This document shows, one piece after another, positions 30,579-32,000 of a stretch of DNA of 32,000 nt. This stretch comes from Methanobrevibacter sp. (GTDB lineage Archaea; Methanobacteriota; Methanobacteria; Methanobacteriales; Methanobacteriaceae). The notes below the pieces were generated by a model, which did no database searches, had not been told where the DNA came from, and worked only from the letters and a program-made list of their open reading frames with translations. The stretch is taken from NCBI RefSeq assembly GCF_045644645.1, contig NZ_JAZRHE010000028.1, forward strand, positions 2,855 through 34,854, given 5' to 3'. Each line of letters opens with the position of its first letter. The stretch's first letter is position 1. The position numbers were made by a program, and so were the translations under genes.

Positions 30579-31429
30579 CTTCTACTTTTTAAAATAAATT
30601 CTTTAACTTTATTGGCTATGTATTCATCATGGCTTTTGGTGGATTTGATATTATAGATTTCTTCTTGCAAATCATTGTATTTATCAACTAAATCATTATA
30701 TTCAAGGCGTAATGAATCATAATCTTTTTCTAATCCTTCATTTAATTCATAAATCTCTGCATAACTGGTTCTTGTACTTAAATTTTCATTTTTTAGCTGA
30801 TCATATTTGTTGGTAATTATAGCATAACTGTCTTTGATGCTTTGTTGTTCCTCCTTTAGGGTGGAACATTTTGTTTTGAGATTTTTGTTTTCTTCTTTAA
30901 TACTTGAATATTTTGTTTTGAGATTTTCGTTTTCGGTTTTTATATTGACAAATTTTGTTTTGAGATTTTCGTTTTCAATAATTAATTTTGAATGCTTGTC
31001 TTTGATGTTTTCGTTTTCTTTTTTCAAGCTGTCAAGATTGTTTTCGTGCAATTTGTTGTATTTTGATTCGATTTCATTTAATGAATTGTCTTTTTCAGCT
31101 AATTTTGCTTTTAGTTCTTCGATTTGTTTTTCGTATTCTAAAGTAGATGGATTCATATTTTTCTCGAGCAATTCTCTCAATTCTTTCACTTCCTGCATAA
31201 ACAAATAATTAGCTATTTTCAAAGATTCACTTTCTTCCTCTCTACTTTTAAAGGTTTCAATTTCACTTTGGGGTATGATTAATACTTCTTCTTGGTTATT
31301 GTAGATGTCTTCATTTTTAGGCACGGTGATTTGAATTTGTTCAGTAGTGTATTTTTTCCTTTCACCGTTTTTTAAAGTTCTGTGATATTCTCTGGAATAT
31401 TTTTTTACAATACCTTTCCCAATCTTCAT
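30575..31429 (-). CDS. Hypothetical coiled-coil protein with a basic N-terminal domain and 14-aa tandem repeats
   Basis: 284 aa. The N-terminal ~45 aa are K/R-rich (KKYSREYHRTLKNGERKKYTTEQIQ). The rest has continuous heptad character, with ENENLKTK-type repeats. Confidence 0.6.
   Translation of the reverse strand: MKIGKGIVKKYSREYHRTLKNGERKKYTTEQIQITVPKNEDIYNNQEEVLIIPQSEIETFKSREEESESLKIANYLFMQEVKELRELLEKNMNPSTLEYEKQIEELKAKLAEKDNSLNEIESKYNKLHENNLDSLKKENENIKDKHSKLIIENENLKTKFVNIKTENENLKTKYSSIKEENKNLKTKCSTLKEEQQSIKDSYAIITNKYDQLKNENLSTRTSYAEIYELNEGLEKDYDSLRLEYNDLVDKYNDLQEEIYNIKSTKSHDEYIANKVKEFILKSRS
30868..31018 (-). repeat. Four tandem copies of a 42-bp (14-codon) repeat inside the coiled-coil CDS
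   Basis: The plus-strand core attttgttttgagatttt[t/c]gttttc occurs at 30868, 30910 and 30952 (exact 42-bp spacing), with a degenerate copy at 30994. It encodes ENENIKDKHSKLII / ENENLKTKFVNIKT / ENENLKTKYSSIKE / ENKNLKTKCSTLKE. Confidence 0.9.
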
Positions 31430-31529
31430 AATTATCCCTTTTATTATATTATTATATTTTGTTTTAATGATTATAAATATTTTTATAGTTTTTTAACCAT
31501 ACTTTATTTATTGAAGGCAGGTTTTGAAA

Positions 31530-32000
31530 ATGAAAGTGTTTGGAATATGTGCCAGTCCAAGAAATAATACGACGGAATATGTGCTGTCAAAGGCCATTCA
31601 AAAACTTGATGGTGATGGCTTTGACACGGAAATATTTACATGCATGGGAAAGGACATCAAGCCATGCATGCATTGCGATTATTGCCTGGAGCATAAGCAG
31701 TGCATTATCCAGGACGATATGCAGCAGGTCTATGAAGGTCTTTTGGATGCTGATGGAATTATTCTGGCAACTCCGATTCAAAGCGGAGGAATCAGCAGCA
31801 ACCTGTCAGCCATCATGGACAGGACCAGAGCTTTAGAGGCAATTGACTATAATATCCTGAGAGGCAAAATCGGAATGAGCATTGCCGTTGGCGGGGACCG
31901 CACAGGTGGACAAGATTTCGCTCATTTGAAAAATATTACATATTTTATGATACATGGAATTATTCCAGTAAGCGGAGGACCTTTTGGGTCTAATTTGGGT
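31530..32000 (+). CDS. Iron-sulfur flavoprotein (Isf) / NADPH-dependent FMN reductase family; 3' end lies outside the window
   Basis: The frame is open from ATG 31530 to the window edge (157 codons). It is absent from the ORF track because no stop is reached. It begins MKVFGICASPRNNTTEYVL and carries the compact Isf Cys motif CMHCDYCLEHKQC, then GIILATPIQSGGIS and SIAVGGDRTGGQD. Confidence 0.8.
   Translation, partial: MKVFGICASPRNNTTEYVLSKAIQKLDGDGFDTEIFTCMGKDIKPCMHCDYCLEHKQCIIQDDMQQVYEGLLDADGIILATPIQSGGISSNLSAIMDRTRALEAIDYNILRGKIGMSIAVGGDRTGGQDFAHLKNITYFMIHGIIPVSGGPFGSNLG

Noticed and set aside
30834-31208. 124-aa plus-strand ORF rich in F/S/L opposite the coiled-coil gene
   Set aside because: It is the mirror image of the K/E/N-rich repeat gene. 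Its own repeats (FVLRFSFS) are just the antisense reading of the 42-bp units. The minus-strand frame is longer and has a coherent heptad pattern.
31540-31836. Track ORFs 31540..31836 (+) and 31587..31781 (-)
   Set aside because: Both overlap the frame starting at 31530, which encodes a clear Isf/FMN-reductase-like protein. Their own translations have no family features.
1-32000. Search for CRISPR arrays, tRNA/rRNA genes, IS elements, integrases or prophage boundaries
   Set aside because: No regularly spaced direct repeats occur outside the two intragenic repeat sets. No GC-rich structured intergenic islands stand out against the AT-rich background. No ORF has transposase or integrase motifs.

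Overview
Low-GC archaeal chromosome, most likely Methanobacteriales (Methanobrevibacter-like). This rests on a methanogenesis-marker-12-like ATPase, a fused Fae/Hps, a Cab-type beta-carbonic anhydrase, an archaeal ThrRS with an N-terminal editing domain, a DUF11 adhesin-like protein, and Shine-Dalgarno-like GGTGA/GGAGG sites. The window is densely packed and mostly core housekeeping. It encodes branched-chain amino-acid synthesis (ilvD, ilvB-ilvN, ilvC), hisD, argF and purD. It also encodes three aminoacyl-tRNA synthetases (aspS, argS, thrS), tetrapyrrole genes (cbiC, hemL, a cbiA/cfbB-type a,c-diamide synthase), signal peptidase I, surE and fae-hps. I saw no rRNA, tRNA, CRISPR array, transposase or integrase, and no convincing multi-gene novel system. 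The non-core content is small and scattered. The items most worth a second look are: (1) a membrane-anchored Mrr_cat (PD-(D/E)XK) protein with a degenerate catalytic motif; (2) a minimal LSm paralog divergent from a 47-aa helical-hairpin ORF absent from the ORF track; (3) an overlapping DUF2085 / zinc-ribbon membrane gene pair; (4) a 284-aa coiled-coil protein built on 42-bp tandem repeats; (5) a MATE-MarR-nitroreductase operon with a clear inverted-repeat operator; (6) a carbonic anhydrase coupled to ilvBN; (7) a GC-rich acetyltransferase overlapping hisD; and (8) a sortase-signal-like C-terminus on the adhesin-like protein. All family assignments come from reading motifs in the translations by eye. 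No database search was run.
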